64,000 bases of DNA from Macrostomum lignano (Eukaryota): contig NIVC01000990.1 of NCBI GenBank assembly GCA_002269645.1, positions 310,001 through 374,000 of the forward strand, in the 5' to 3' direction. The notes beneath the pieces are model-generated. The model was given only the letters and a program-made list of their open reading frames with translations. It made no database searches and was not told where the DNA came from. Shown here in pieces: positions 12,205 through 25,317 of the stretch; within the stretch, counting starts at the first letter, position 1; each line of letters begins with the position of its first letter. A program made the position numbers and the translations under genes.

Positions 12205-12900
12205 TTGGGACTGGGACTTCAAGACACACGGATTCTGATTGCTTGGATTCGGAACTCGGGACTTTAAGACACGGATTCCGATTGTTTGGATTCGGGAATG
12301 AGGACTTCAAGACACACAGATTCTGATTGTTTGGATTTGGGAATGAGGACTTCAAGACACACAGATTCTGATTGTTTGGATTTGGGAATGAGGACTTCAA
12401 GACACACAGATTCTGATTGCTTGGATTTGGGAATGAGGACTTCAAGACACACAGATTCTGATTGCTTGGATTCGGGAATGAGGACTTCAAGACACACGGA
12501 TTCCGATTGTTTGGATTCGGGAATGAGGACTTCAAGACACACGGATTCCGATTGTTTGGATTCGGGAATGAGGACTTCAAGACACACAGATTCTGATTGC
12601 TTGGATTCGGGACTCGGGACTTCAAGACACGGATTACAGTTGTTTGGATTCGGGAATGAGGACTTCAAGACACACAGATTCTGATTTCTTGGATTCGGAA
12701 CTCGGGACTTTAAGACACGGATTCCGATTGTTTGGATTCGGGAATGAGGACTTCAAGACACATAGATACTGATTGCTTGGATTCGGAACTCGGGACTTTA
12801 AGACACGGATTCCGATTGTTTGGATTCGGGAATGAGGACTTCAAGACACATAGATTCTGATTGCTTGGATTTGGGACTGGGGACTTTAAGACACACGGAT
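12205..12900. repeat. 45-bp minisatellite (AGGACTTCAAGACACACAGATTCTGATTGTTTGGATTTGGGAATG)
   Basis: Tandem units; ORFs 12191-12684 are 15-aa periodic translations. Confidence 0.95.
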
Positions 12901-13007
12901 TTCACTGAACTTTTTCTTCAGGTCATAAAGCTACAAACTAATGTACAATTCTTCAAGAAACCTTAGCACCAGGTTAAAAATATAGTCGATAATTTTCAAG
13001 CAGCAAT

Positions 13008-13217
13008 TCATTGTCGTTGTTGCCTCAAGTTAGCTTCCTCTCTGGCCACCGCTTGCAGCACCCCAAACACGGTGGTAGGTGAGCACTGCAGTCTGAGCAG
13101 GCCAAGGAGGTTGCGCAACACCCGAGGATTCAATGGCGTGCCAGCTAGGTAAGCCAGGTTGTAGAGTGCCAACTCTTCCTGTGTGAGCTGCTCAACTCGC
13201 AGTGGTCTGGAGTCCAT
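13008..13217 (-). CDS. MZT2: Mitotic-spindle organizing protein 2 (MOZART2/GCP8) homologue, 69 aa, single exon
   Basis: ATG to TGA ORF; LTQEELALYNLAYLAGTPLNPRVLRNLLGLLRLQCSPTTVFGVLQAV aligns without gaps to the human MZT2 core as I recall it (LSTEEMELYELAQAAGGAIDPDVFKILVDLLKLNVAPLAVFQMLKSM). Confidence 0.85.
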   Translation of the reverse strand: MDSRPLRVEQLTQEELALYNLAYLAGTPLNPRVLRNLLGLLRLQCSPTTVFGVLQAVAREEANLRQQRQ

Positions 13218-16200
13218 CGAGTTTTAGATTCTTAATAATAATCTGGTCAGCAGATTTTACAACTGTAACTGCAATTTATCAGTTTATAGTTTATCAGCAA
13301 CAATAGACTAATGTTATTAGTGAAACACAAGTCGAAGACATTCAACAGAGTCTGCAATTAATTAACCAGGGTACATACAGTCATTAAGCCAAGTTGACTG
13401 TGGCTTATTACTACTTAAAGCATAAGCCTACTTAAGAAAGTTACCAGTTAGAACTCAGAAAAAAATGAAATCACTGGTTATTAAAATTATGAGTTATATG
13501 CCAAAAACTGACCAACCCTAAAGAATTAGAATTGAGAATATGTATTTTTATTCAAAATTTACAAAATGAGTGATTACCTGAATGCATTTTGTTTTAACTT
13601 ATTACTTGTTACTTTTGTTACTTATGTGTATTAGTACTTATAGTAGTCAATTAATATTATATCTGCATTGTCTGTCTCTTCTTTACAACTTAATATGAGA
13701 GACTTATTAACTATGGTAAACCTGATCTGATCCCAATTCCCAAATCCTAATCCCAGTCCCCAACGTAAGAAAAAAAATTCTTGATCCTAATCCTACCAAA
13801 TGTCAATGACTTCAATCCCATCTAACCTTTATTACGAGTACATAGCCTTTTAGGCTGGCTGGTTAGACTAGCCAAATGATATTTGTAGCAATACAACTTT
13901 GACCTTGGCTGGTTTTATTTACACTATAACTAACCATAGGATTTTTAAGCATATATTATCTACATTATCAGATTATATAGCCAAGATATTTAATAGACCT
14001 AGGCTAGGCTACTATACCTCTATAGAAGTATAGATAGATATAAAAGATATCTTGGGTAATGGGTATAAATTTATTTTATAATCCTTCTAACCTTAAAGAC
14101 TTCTTGGATAAGATAGATTCATAAGAAATATAAAATTATATATAGGTCTTAAAATTAATTGAATTTTATAGTTTAACTGAAAAATTAATTGAATTTTATA
14201 GTTTAACTGAAAAGATCTATGAACATCAGTAGAGTAAATTGTAATAGAGTTGAAATATAATAGGCTTCATTTATACTCTTAGAAAATTCATTTTTCTACT
14301 AATTTGTTATGCTATTCAAATATTAAAAGTATTTTGTATATTCTAAATATTATTATATAATTTCTCTTTAAACAGTAAAAATGAAAACTATGAATAGGAA
14401 TAGTAGAAAAAATCAAATAAACCTGACTATGCTTTTATAACTCAAACTGAGTTTTAATTGAGCTATAAAATATCTTTCCAACTATTTTAATTAAAGACAA
14501 AATTGATAATCAGCCCTAAGGCTAATGGTTATTCTTGTGTTATATTTTTAAATAATAGATTAGATGGTGATATAGTAATAGTAATAGCCTTAAAGATAAA
14601 GAATAAACTATTTAGAATGAAATCTTCAAATTTAGAGGCCTTAGAAATGAGGCAGTATAATTATTTTATTTGTAGTTCACAAATTGAATTCTTGCAAAAA
14701 TGCTAAAAAAAATAAATTTTGTTTTATTGCTTGAATAAAGGCTCAAATTATTGTTTTGTTATAAATATGTAAGAAAATCTTGTACCTTTGTATAGCTTAA
14801 CTGCTTAAAGCACTCAGTTCACTATTATTATTTAGAAATTTAGGAGAGAGTTGAGAATGACTTAGTCGTTTGGGGATTCAAGGATTCTGAGAAAAAGTTC
14901 AAGGATATTATAAAGAAGATATTTGGAAAGCAATACTTAAGAGTAGCGCCATGACCCTCTGATCTCAGTAAAGCCCAATTAGACTAACTCATATACTAGT
15001 CTTTGTATCACATGATATAGTGCATGTAGTGCAGAACTATAAAAAGGTCCTTTATTATTGCAACATCCTATGGGCCCCACATGTAAAACATAACTACTAG
15101 CTAGGCCCTACACACCATGTGCGACTTCCTTGGCAGCTAAAAAATGTTCCCATGCAGCCAGCATATCCACTACACTAGACAAGACTATGGCTCAAACAAA
15201 ACCTTGTTAATAGTTTGAGATAGGCCTAATTAAACTTGGATTAATTTATATGAGTGATTTGCTTCACTTAAGACTTAGGCCTAAGAGATACAATAAAATA
15301 GGCCCTATTGCCCCTATATTATTTCATACATAGCATACCATTATATAGTTCTATAATTGATTATACCCTAATATATTATTCTTTTGTATCTGGATACTCA
15401 ACTATAAAGCAAGAAATCAGAAGATGAACATTGGGTGACTTTGGGTCTATCTCTTAGTTAGTCTTAGGTTTGTCTATCCAGGATAGAATCTTTGCATGAA
15501 GATGTTGGAACTAAAAAGTTGCATGCTTTTTTACCTTAATACAAAATCATGCAAGTTTTTTTAAACAAATAAAAGCTATGCATATATAAACCTTTAATTA
15601 ATTAAAGAGTTATGCAAGTTTGCTAGAAATGTGTGCAAGACTGCAAGTGCACAAGTTTTTGTCAACACACATAAAATATAAGATTTTGTACAAAATTCCA
15701 TCCTGGTAACCTGGTTAAGGCCTATTTTATCAAAAGTATGCTTATATGGCTATAGGCTATATATATATTAGATGGATTAGATGGAATCCTACATACAATT
15801 TCCATAGGCCCCAGACTCCGGATGGTATACATGTACGCCGGAAAATTCCGGCGTACAGAGGGACCTAGATTACACATTGGCGTACAACTTGGCGTACAAA
15901 GGCGCCTGTCGTGCCCTCTTGGCGTACAGCTTGGCGTATAGAGATTGCCGAGACCAGCAGGTGGGACCAAAAGTTCCGAGTCCCAACAATCAATCTACAT
16001 AATTAGCATACAAAAATGATTAAGTTTGCATTTGGCATAGTTTCCATGTACATAGTTACAGTAGCAAAATTTTGATCAGAAAGAATGGCTGGCCCTTTAC
16101 GAAAAAAACGGAAAACTAAATTTAAAAAACCGGGCTTAACCTTTCCAAGAAAGTAAAAGTAAAACAAAATTAGTTAAAATGAACTAGTTCTCTACAGTTT

Positions 16201-18774
16201 AGTACAAAGATTTTCAGTTTTAACACATAGGTTGATCAAATATTAAAATTTTGCAAGCTTTTAATATTAGTTGTAGTTTGTAATTTCTATTTTGGCGTAT
16301 TTTTGTATGCGATAAAAAGTTCGTTGGCGTATATTGGCGTGCATGAGCTACGGAAGCAATTTTCGTTCCGGCGTACAGCGGTACACGATCCTGACCTTGG
16401 CATAGGCCTAATGTATTTTGAAATATATTTTTCGAAGTTTCTTATCTTTATACTTGAGTAGTCCTGACTCCTTACTATCAACGTACCCAGGCCAGGCTCA
16501 AGCCAACAAGTGGGCCCTGATCTGATCTCAGTGATCTCTAATAAGTCCAAAAAGTAAATTAATATAATCAATTAATGTAGGCGTAGGTCTAGATATATTA
16601 TAAATATCTAGGCAATATACCAAGCCATCGATCTATTCATCTATTCAAAGACTTCGACTTAGATTATTTATTTAAAAACAATGAAATTAAAATCTATGCC
16701 TTTATAGGCCTATAGGCAGCTTTTTTTATCATGCAAATGCAACTGTGCAAGGCGAAGGTTTTCTTAGAATAAGGTAAAGAATTCGGTATCCAGTCAATCC
16801 GGCGACAGGACGATCCGGCAACAGACGATCCGGCGATAGTCAAAACGGCGAGTCAATCCGGCGACAATTTGTAGTAAAAAGCTATTACATAAAAACCGGC
16901 TATTGCTATTTAATCAGATTAAAGAGAGCTTTGATTGTTATAATTATTATATTGCTATTAATTGTCATTAGTTAACTATTTTTTATTAGAAACCTAGACC
17001 CTTATTAGAATGTATGCAAAAGTAACTCCAAGTCCATTAGACATTAGGGCCTATCGGTTTCAAAATGCGCGGATTAGGATCAACTATCAACAGCTTCAGC
17101 TTGTTTCCTTAAAATGATGATACATGTACATGTATTGCTTTAAAAATGGGGAACTGCATTAAATAAATGCGTTCTTTTATAATATCTATATACCATTACC
17201 AAAAATGAACCTCTTTAGAATTAGGCCTAGTTGACCCACTTTTCACCCATGCACCCAACCCACCTATATATGGCCTACCAATATTAAAAACATAGAAAAG
17301 CAAATAGAAAATAGGGTCTAGTTATTTGATTTGACTTATATCTAAAATGTATATAGTTTTTATATTTGGTTTTGTCATTTTTATATTGATTAGGCGGCTA
17401 GGCCTAAGACTGTCTCTAGAATAATAATAGCCTAGGCCTAACTAATATTTATTTGTTTATAGTTATTTCTCTACTTCCATGAGTATCCATTTTACTTACA
17501 CATAGTTTTACTCTTGATATGGTCATAAAAAGGTGTCTTTAAATTTTCAGTTTTGTCTTATAATCTCCTTTATACAATCTCATTTAAATGATTATAGAAT
17601 AAAAGTGAATATATAGGCTCTATTTTTTCGTTTTGCATGCATTAGGTGACATTTTTTGCTTGATATATTGTTTGCAATAAAACAAGAAATACAATTACTA
17701 TATTACATCTTTTGATAAATTATGCTGCTTTTTTCATCATTTTAATAGAGATCATAATATGAAACTGAATACAATTAGGCATTAAAAGATAAAAGAATAA
17801 CAAATTTCTTATCAAAAGATCTCTTGAAGTTTAAAAAGTTGTTTATAAATTGACTATTATTCTTGGACTCAATTGCAAGAAAAGAATTATTGCACTTCAT
17901 AAGTAAAAATGATTGCAATAGATCAGAAAATGATTATTTTATTAATTGAAACATTGATTATTATTGTAATAGGTAAAAAATAATTATTCAACTAGATTGA
18001 AAAAGGATTCTTGCACTGGATAAGAAAAAGATTATTGCACTAGATAAAAAACAAATGATTGCACTAGAGCTCACTAGTTGAAAATGAATTATTGTACTGC
18101 CATTAGCTAAAAAATGATTATTGCAATACTTGAGAAAGGGATTATTTCACTAGCTTGCTATCTAGGACATTCTTGCTATTTGGGGGGAGGGGTTTTTATC
18201 TAGGTATGCTTGCTCAAGAGGATTGCTGAGATGTCAAGGTTTATTGTATGAAATTGTTAAGACATCAAGGCTTACTCTGGGGGGGGGAATTGCTAAGAGG
18301 TCAAGGCTTATGGTGGGATTGCTTAGGTGTCAAGGTAAATAGGATTCACAAATAATTTTTGTCCCTTGCTAAAAACATCAATTTTGCAACCTTAACTATT
18401 TATACTGACTTTATTGGCTAGGTTAGTTAGCTGTTACACATGCATATCTTGAATGGTAGAAATAGGCTTCTGTGCCATTTGAATTTTATATGTTCATAGT
18501 TTTTTTAAATTGAAGGATTTTAAACATGTTTAAGTGTGTAGGCATGCCGATTGATTTTGCCATCTATGAGCCATACATTGATCCATATTTGCTCCAGTAA
18601 GGAGTTCAACAGCAGGACATTTACCATGTGTGCAAATTGTATATACAAATTGTCAAATATTACAACAAAATTTCTCTGGGAAAAAACTCCAGAACACACT
18701 TGGGGGATCTCATAGACCCCTTTGAAAAAATATTTGCCTTTTACAACTGTACATGTGTTCCAGCTGCCAACTCA

Positions 18775-21239
18775 ATGAACCAACAGCAGCAATTGTCTGA
18801 GCTGCCTCAGTCACCACAACTGCAGCATCAGCATCAAGACGATGAGTCTTTATCCCACTCATCCTCTCCATCTCAAGCAATCCGAACTGCTCAATCATCG
18901 ACCTCAACAAGTGGCAGATCGTCATCCAAGGGTAGCGGTGGCGGTGGCGGATTAAAAGCGCCCAAACCGCCAGACAGACCACTGATGCCCTACATGCGAT
19001 ATAGCCAGCGGGTTTGGGATCAGGTGAGCAAAGTTGCTTTTTTAGTATTTGACACTCAGATTAAAGTCAGTTTTAGTAGCACATGATTATAGTCCCAAAT
19101 CTAATAGTACATGATTATAATCCCAAATTTACATATATTTATCGTAATCATACATGATTATTATCTCAAAACTATATATGATACATGATTATAATCCCAC
19201 ATGTATTAGTACATGATTATATTCCCAAATGTATTAGTACATGATTATATTCCCAAATTTATTAGTACATGATTATATTCCCAAATGTATTAGTGCATGA
19301 TGGCCTTGATGGAGTGATGGAGTTGTGAGATGGCCTTGTTGAAGACAATTTAACCACGCTACCCAGTACTGACTGTACATTCCCACACATCAGCCCAAGT
19401 CACGTGTTGACATCCTGACCTCCCTACCAACCCCTAAAACCAGGTGAAGCAGTCCAATCCTGGCCTGAAATTCTGGGAGGTCGGCCAGGTGATTGGTCGG
19501 ATGTGGCGGGAACTGGACGAAGACTCCAAACAGCAGCTGGCTGCCGAATATGCTGCAGACAAGGCCGCCCACGCAGAGGCCATGGAGCGGTATCGGCAGT
19601 CGCCCGAGTACCAGGCCTGGCTGGCTGCCAAAGAGCGCGAGAAGCAACTATTCGAGCAGCAACAACAGGAGGAGCAGTTGCGGCAGCAGCAACAGCAGCG
19701 TCAATCGTTAAAAGAGATTTTAGACGCGGCGGATACTTTGCCACTGCCCAGCGGCCCGGTTAGTGTCGGATTACGAGCTAGTTATCTCGCGCTGTTTTAA
19801 ATTCAAAATTGTTTATTTTTCTAGGAAACAACATGCTCTTTAATATTTAGTAATCGCCTCTCTCTTTCAAAAAAATGTGTGTTCATTTCTTTCAAGGATT
19901 CCGTTGTACATTAATGAATCTGTGTCATCGATTTCTTGGAATAAGCTATCGATTTCTTGGATAATCTATTGATTTCTTGAAATAAGCTATCGATTTCCTA
20001 AAATAAGCTATCGATTTCTTGGAATAAGCTATCGATTTCCTAAAATAAGCTATCGATTTCTTGGAATAAGCTATCGATATTTTGAATAAAGCTATCGTTT
20101 TCTTGGAATAAACTATCGATTTCTTGGAATAAGCTATCATTTCTTGGAATAAGCTATCGATTTCTTGGAATAAGCTATCGATTTTTTGGGGAAAACTATC
20201 GATTTCTTGGAATTATCTGTCGATTTCTGTGAAATCATTCTTTTAATTTCTTCCTCCAGCTAAACTTAATGCAACTCGATGCTTATAATGTTACTTTCAG
20301 CCCCAGCTTCATCTGCAGCTTCCTGTTCAGCAGGCGGCGTCCGTCGCTTCTGTCGCCGAGCAGCCTCCAAAAGTCGTCGCTGACAACAAAGACCTCCTCA
20401 AACAGGAGCGCCACGTTGCCGATGGCAGCTACAAAGATTTTAACGATGATTTCGACAACAACGACGACGACGGTAGCGATGAAGCCCGCAGCATCCGACG
20501 CGAGGCGGCCAGCCGCTACCGGCGGAACCACCGCCTGCTCATGCAGCTGCTGTCGCCAGACTGTTGCCTCCCGTCGCTGCCGCCGCCGTCGCCGCAGGCT
20601 CTGCTAGCCGCAATGTCGCCGCACCGGCTTCACCAGCAGTTCCTGTTGGAGCGTCGGCTCTTGACCGCCGCGCACGAGCTGCGCCAGCTGGAGTCGGCCG
20701 GCGAGTCCCGACTGCGCCGGTTCCGCGCTCTGGCCGACGCCCACGCCGCCGCCTGGTCGGCCGTTCCTAGCGCCGTTCCTAGCGCCGATTCTGGCGCCAG
20801 CAGCGGCGGCGCCGTCCGGTTCATCGGCGAAACTGTCGGTCCGGCCAGCCCGCCGCCACCGCCGCCGCAGCCTCCGCAGCAGCCGCATCAAACCATGCCG
20901 CCGCCGCCAGCCCCGTCGTCGCAGCTGCAGTCTTCAAAAGCTTCGTCAACAACGCCGAAGCGGCAGCCAAAAGCCAAAACTGCTGCTGCTGCTGCTGTTG
21001 CCGGAGGCGGAAGCGGCCGGGCAAAACCGGGCAGGAAGCGGGCCCAGCCTCCGCCGCCGCCGCCGCCGCCTCCGCCCCAGCCGCAGCAGCAGCAGGTGCA
21101 GCTGTCGCTGTATCGACAGGCGCCGCCGTCGGTCTCTGGCCAACTGCCGGTCGCGGCTGCTCCGGCAGCTCAGCCTCTGTTCCAGTCGGGCCAGCAGCTG
21201 TTCCAGTCCACTCAGTCTGGCGTGGTGTCTCTGGCTATT

Positions 21240-21271
<32 letters not shown>

Positions 21272-21293
21272 GCAGCATTTTCACCTACAATAG
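18775..21293 (+). CDS. SMARCE1: SWI/SNF (BAF) subunit SMARCE1/BAF57; exons 18775-19023, 19444-19758, 20301-21293 (about 518 aa)
   Basis: HMG box [23 protein letters not shown]|[24 protein letters not shown], the NHRL motif ([14 protein letters not shown]), then a coiled coil; phase-0 GT-AG junctions keep frame. An acceptor at 18763 allows an upstream exon. Confidence 0.92.
19080..19300. repeat. About 28-bp minisatellite (TACATGATTATATTCCCAAATGTATTAG) in SMARCE1 intron 1
   Basis: Tandem units read directly. Confidence 0.85.
19925..20230. repeat. 21-bp minisatellite (GATTTCTTGGAATAAGCTATC) in SMARCE1 intron 2
   Basis: Tandem units read directly. Confidence 0.9.
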
Positions 21294-21377
21294 TCAAAGC
21301 TTTCATATCCATACTCAGATTTTATAATTTTCTCTAGATTAATTGAAAATTCAAACCATTAGTCTATCGTAGTTTTT

Positions 21378-21417
21378 AGATAGACAGATAGATAGATAGA
21401 TAGATAGATAGACAGAC

Positions 21418-21473
<56 letters not shown>

Positions 21474-21494
21474 GGAAAGATAGATAGGTAGATG

Positions 21495-21537
<43 letters not shown>

Positions 21538-21546
21538 GGATGGATG

Positions 21547-21605
<59 letters not shown>

Positions 21606-21658
21606 GGATAGATATATAGATAGATAGATAGATAGATAGATGGATAGATAGATAGATG

Positions 21659-21705
<47 letters not shown>

Positions 21706-21750
21706 GGAAAGATAGATAGATAGGTAGATAGATAGATAGATAGATAGATG

Positions 21751-21785
<35 letters not shown>

Positions 21786-21794
21786 GGATGGATG

Positions 21795-21861
<67 letters not shown>

Positions 21862-21882
21862 GGAAAGATAGATAGATAGATG

Positions 21883-21941
<59 letters not shown>

Positions 21942-21950
21942 GGATGGATG

Positions 21951-22017
<67 letters not shown>

Positions 22018-22042
22018 GGATAGATATATAGATAGATAGATG

Positions 22043-22101
<59 letters not shown>

Positions 22102-22186
22102 GGAAAGATAGATAGATAGGTAGATAGATAGATAGATAGATAGATAGATGGAAAGATAGATAGATAGATAGATAGATGGATGGATG

Positions 22187-22224
<38 letters not shown>

Positions 22225-22290
22225 CAGACAGATAGATAGATAGATAGATAGATAGATGGATGGATGGATGGATAGATAGATAGATAAGTA
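21378..22290. repeat. (GATA)n microsatellite with GGAT/GGAAA interruptions
   Basis: Read directly, about 0.9 kb. Confidence 0.98.
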
Positions 22291-22699
22291 GATAGATAGG
22301 TCGACAGTTAGACAGATAAATAAACTAGAATCGAACCCATTCTAATTCCATGCGTCAATACTTCCGCTTTAGTTCATTTGCGTTTATATTTTTGCTCAGT
22401 TGTTAAGATTCTCTGTTTCTATTGCCAAAGAGTTCTTTGCTATTAGTTAAAATGCCTAATTCTAAATTTCTAGTTCTGAGGGTAAACTTTTGCGTTATCT
22501 TGTTTTGGCTAGCCAGTATCGATTTAATCGAATAAAACTCAGCTCACGTGCCAGCTAAAAATTTCACGTTTTAGATTCTGATTTTTGTAACACCTCACTG
22601 CAGTGCTAACAGTTACTCGATGTGGAGCTTCATGGTATCGAGATTTGTATCCATGCTAACAATTCATTACATTTGCTAATTACGATGTCACTTATTTTC

Positions 22700-23225
22700 T
22701 CATCCATTGAGCATAGATTAGCAATCCATGGTATAGCTCTTCATCTATTGGGCATAGATTAGCAATCCATGATGTACTTTCTCATCCATGGGGCATAAAT
22801 TAGCAATCCATGATGTACTGCCTCATCCATTGGGCATAGATTAGCAATCCATGATGTACTGCCTCATCCATTGGGCATAGATTAGCAATCCATGATGTAC
22901 TGCCTCATCCATTGGGCATAGATTAGCAATCCATGATGTACTGCCTCATCCATTGGGCATAGATTAGCAATCCATGATGTACTGCCTCATCCATTGGGCA
23001 TAGATTAGCAATCCATGATGTACTGCCTCATCCATTGGGCATAGATTAGCAATCCATGATGTACTGCCTCATCCATTGGGCATAGATAAGCAATCCATGA
23101 TGTACTTCTTCACCCATTGGGCATAGATTAGCAATCCATGATGTACTTTCTCATCCATTGGGCATAGATTAGCAATCCATGGTATAGCTCCTCATCTATT
23201 GAGCATAGATTAGCAATCCATGATG
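22700..23225. repeat. 41-bp minisatellite (ATCCATTGGGCATAGATTAGCAATCCATGATGTACTGCCTC)
   Basis: Period 41 measured between 22801 and 22842. Confidence 0.95.
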
Positions 23226-23774
23226 TAGTTGAGCAGAAACTGGTCCAGCTACAGTCACAGAGCTTCCATCAAGCAGGCTCGCTAAAATTCATCATAAATT
23301 TCATAATAAATTTAAGTGGCTTAATTCCAGAGCTTCTAGATTTTATCGATGTATTGAGAAATTTTTGAGTAGACTATCGGTTATATGTTTACTAATTGTT
23401 TAAACTGACTAGCGCTTCCAATAGCCAAGCATTGGCCACGATTTCTTGTTTCATTTCTCTTCACTACATTCAATATTTTGCCAATTGTTTTGTTGTCAAC
23501 TTTTTGTTAGTTATTAATTAACAATTATTAGTTTGTCAGTATTTTTCATCGCTGCAATATTTTTTCATATCTCCCTAACTCTGTTTTGCCTTCCACAGAA
23601 ATTTATGCATGCCAAATTTCCCTAGAATACAAAATTAAAAGCTCAGTTTAGATTATTAAATTTCTCTAATGCTGCAACTTTGTTCTTTGATTTTGCTGAT
23701 GCAGACTGTTTCTGCATCAGAGACTAAAATAGATATATTCTTTTTTGTCTTGCTTTTATTTTTCTGTTCTGCTT

Positions 23775-24185
23775 TGTGTCATCAGGATAGGAGTACTTTG
23801 TGTCATCTAAATAAGAGTACATTGTGTCATCTAAATAGAAGTAGATTGTCATCAGAATAGAAGTACATTGTGTCATCTAAATAGAAGTAGATTGTCATCA
23901 GAATAGAAGTACATTGTGTCATCTAAATAGGAGTACATTGTCATCAGAATAGAAGTACATTGTGTCATCTAAATAGGAGTAGATTGTGTCATCAGAATAG
24001 AAGTACATTGTGTCATCTAAATAGGAGTAGATTGTCATCAGAATAGAAGTACATTGTGTCATCTAAATAGGAGTAGATTGTCATCAGAATAGAAGTACAT
24101 TGTGTCATCTAAATAGGAGTAGATTGTGTCATCAGAATAGGAGTACATTGTGTCTCCTATAGGTCATCTAAATAGGAGTAGATTG
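23775..24185. repeat. Alternating 22-24-bp minisatellite (AGTACATTGTGTCATCTAAATAGG / AGTAGATTGTCATCAGAATAGA)
   Basis: Tandem units read directly. Confidence 0.9.
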
Positions 24186-25317
24186 TCAGAATATAAGAGG
24201 AGCACGACTAAAGTGCTTTCGAGGCGTCCCTGGGCATCCTGCATGATCACAAGTCCAGGGCACCGGAAGGACTAGAATGATGAATAGATCGAGCTCGACT
24301 GAGTTGCTTGCTATGTCTGTCTTGAAGACAAGAGACACTAATTGCATTGCATGAGATGCATTGCTTTACTCGTAATTAGACCTGCTAGACTCGCCCCAAA
24401 TTTTGTTTTGTTATTGTCCCCGGGGGCAGCAGCAGCTTCAAATATGCGAGCAACTAGTTGGTTTGCTTAAAAGAAACCAAATTCGCAATCTACGGCTCGT
24501 ACTTTTAAACAGGGCTGTTTTGCTAACCTACCATTTGTGTGCCAGTTAGTTTGCAGGGCGTCAAATAAAACTCCAACTCCGTTAGCCTTGAGCACACAGA
24601 TATAAGTACATGTACGCAGGCACGCTCTATCGATGGATGTACAGCCGTCCTGACTCTCCTATCGTCAGGCAGTGTACACTCTCTATGCCTCGGGCGGGCT
24701 GGCCAACATGGAATGGAATTGTGCAACGAACCCCGGGCCAAATTATTGTGGCCGGGCCTGGAGAGTCGACCCTGAGTACTTCGGTACAAGTGTCAGACTT
24801 TTATGAGCCATTGGCACAGCATCACCGAGAAAGAAAGAGACAGTGAGGAGGGGGCACAGTGCGAATCTTGCGCTAACTTGAAGTGCATCTGAGAATTTTC
24901 CATTTAGAATTGTTTACCGCACTCGGAATTGGAAAATTCCACAGGCCATGCAGCCCCTTCAATTTCAATGGAATAAAAAAGTGGTCCGATGCGGATACCA
25001 CAGAGAGACGCGATGCGAGATGAGTGCGGGCACAATCTGTATAAATAGGATAGAAGTTGAGAGTAGAAATGCGCCGCTATAAACTGGTTAAAGAACTGTT
25101 TTAAGCGGACTGCTCACTACCGGCACTGCTGCGCTGCTTTCTGCTAATCGCTGCTAACAACAGAGGAGGTAGGTGAAACTTTTGAATTTTTTTCTTTTTG
25201 ATTATGTTTTTTTATTTCCGACTGATTTTGATCAAAATATCGGTTTATATTCTAACAAATTCGAACTTGGAAGAACTTGAAAGATGATTCATTTTTGCTG
25301 TGTAATCGCAGAGCTTC

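Noticed and set aside
16785-16870. Transposon-like end GGTATCCAGTCAATCCGGCGAC with subrepeats
   Set aside because: No matching opposite end found, so it cannot be delimited or classified.
24270-24305. Box C (ATGATGA) and box D (CTGA) as a snoRNA
   Set aside because: Boxes about 12 nt apart, no terminal stem, not intronic.
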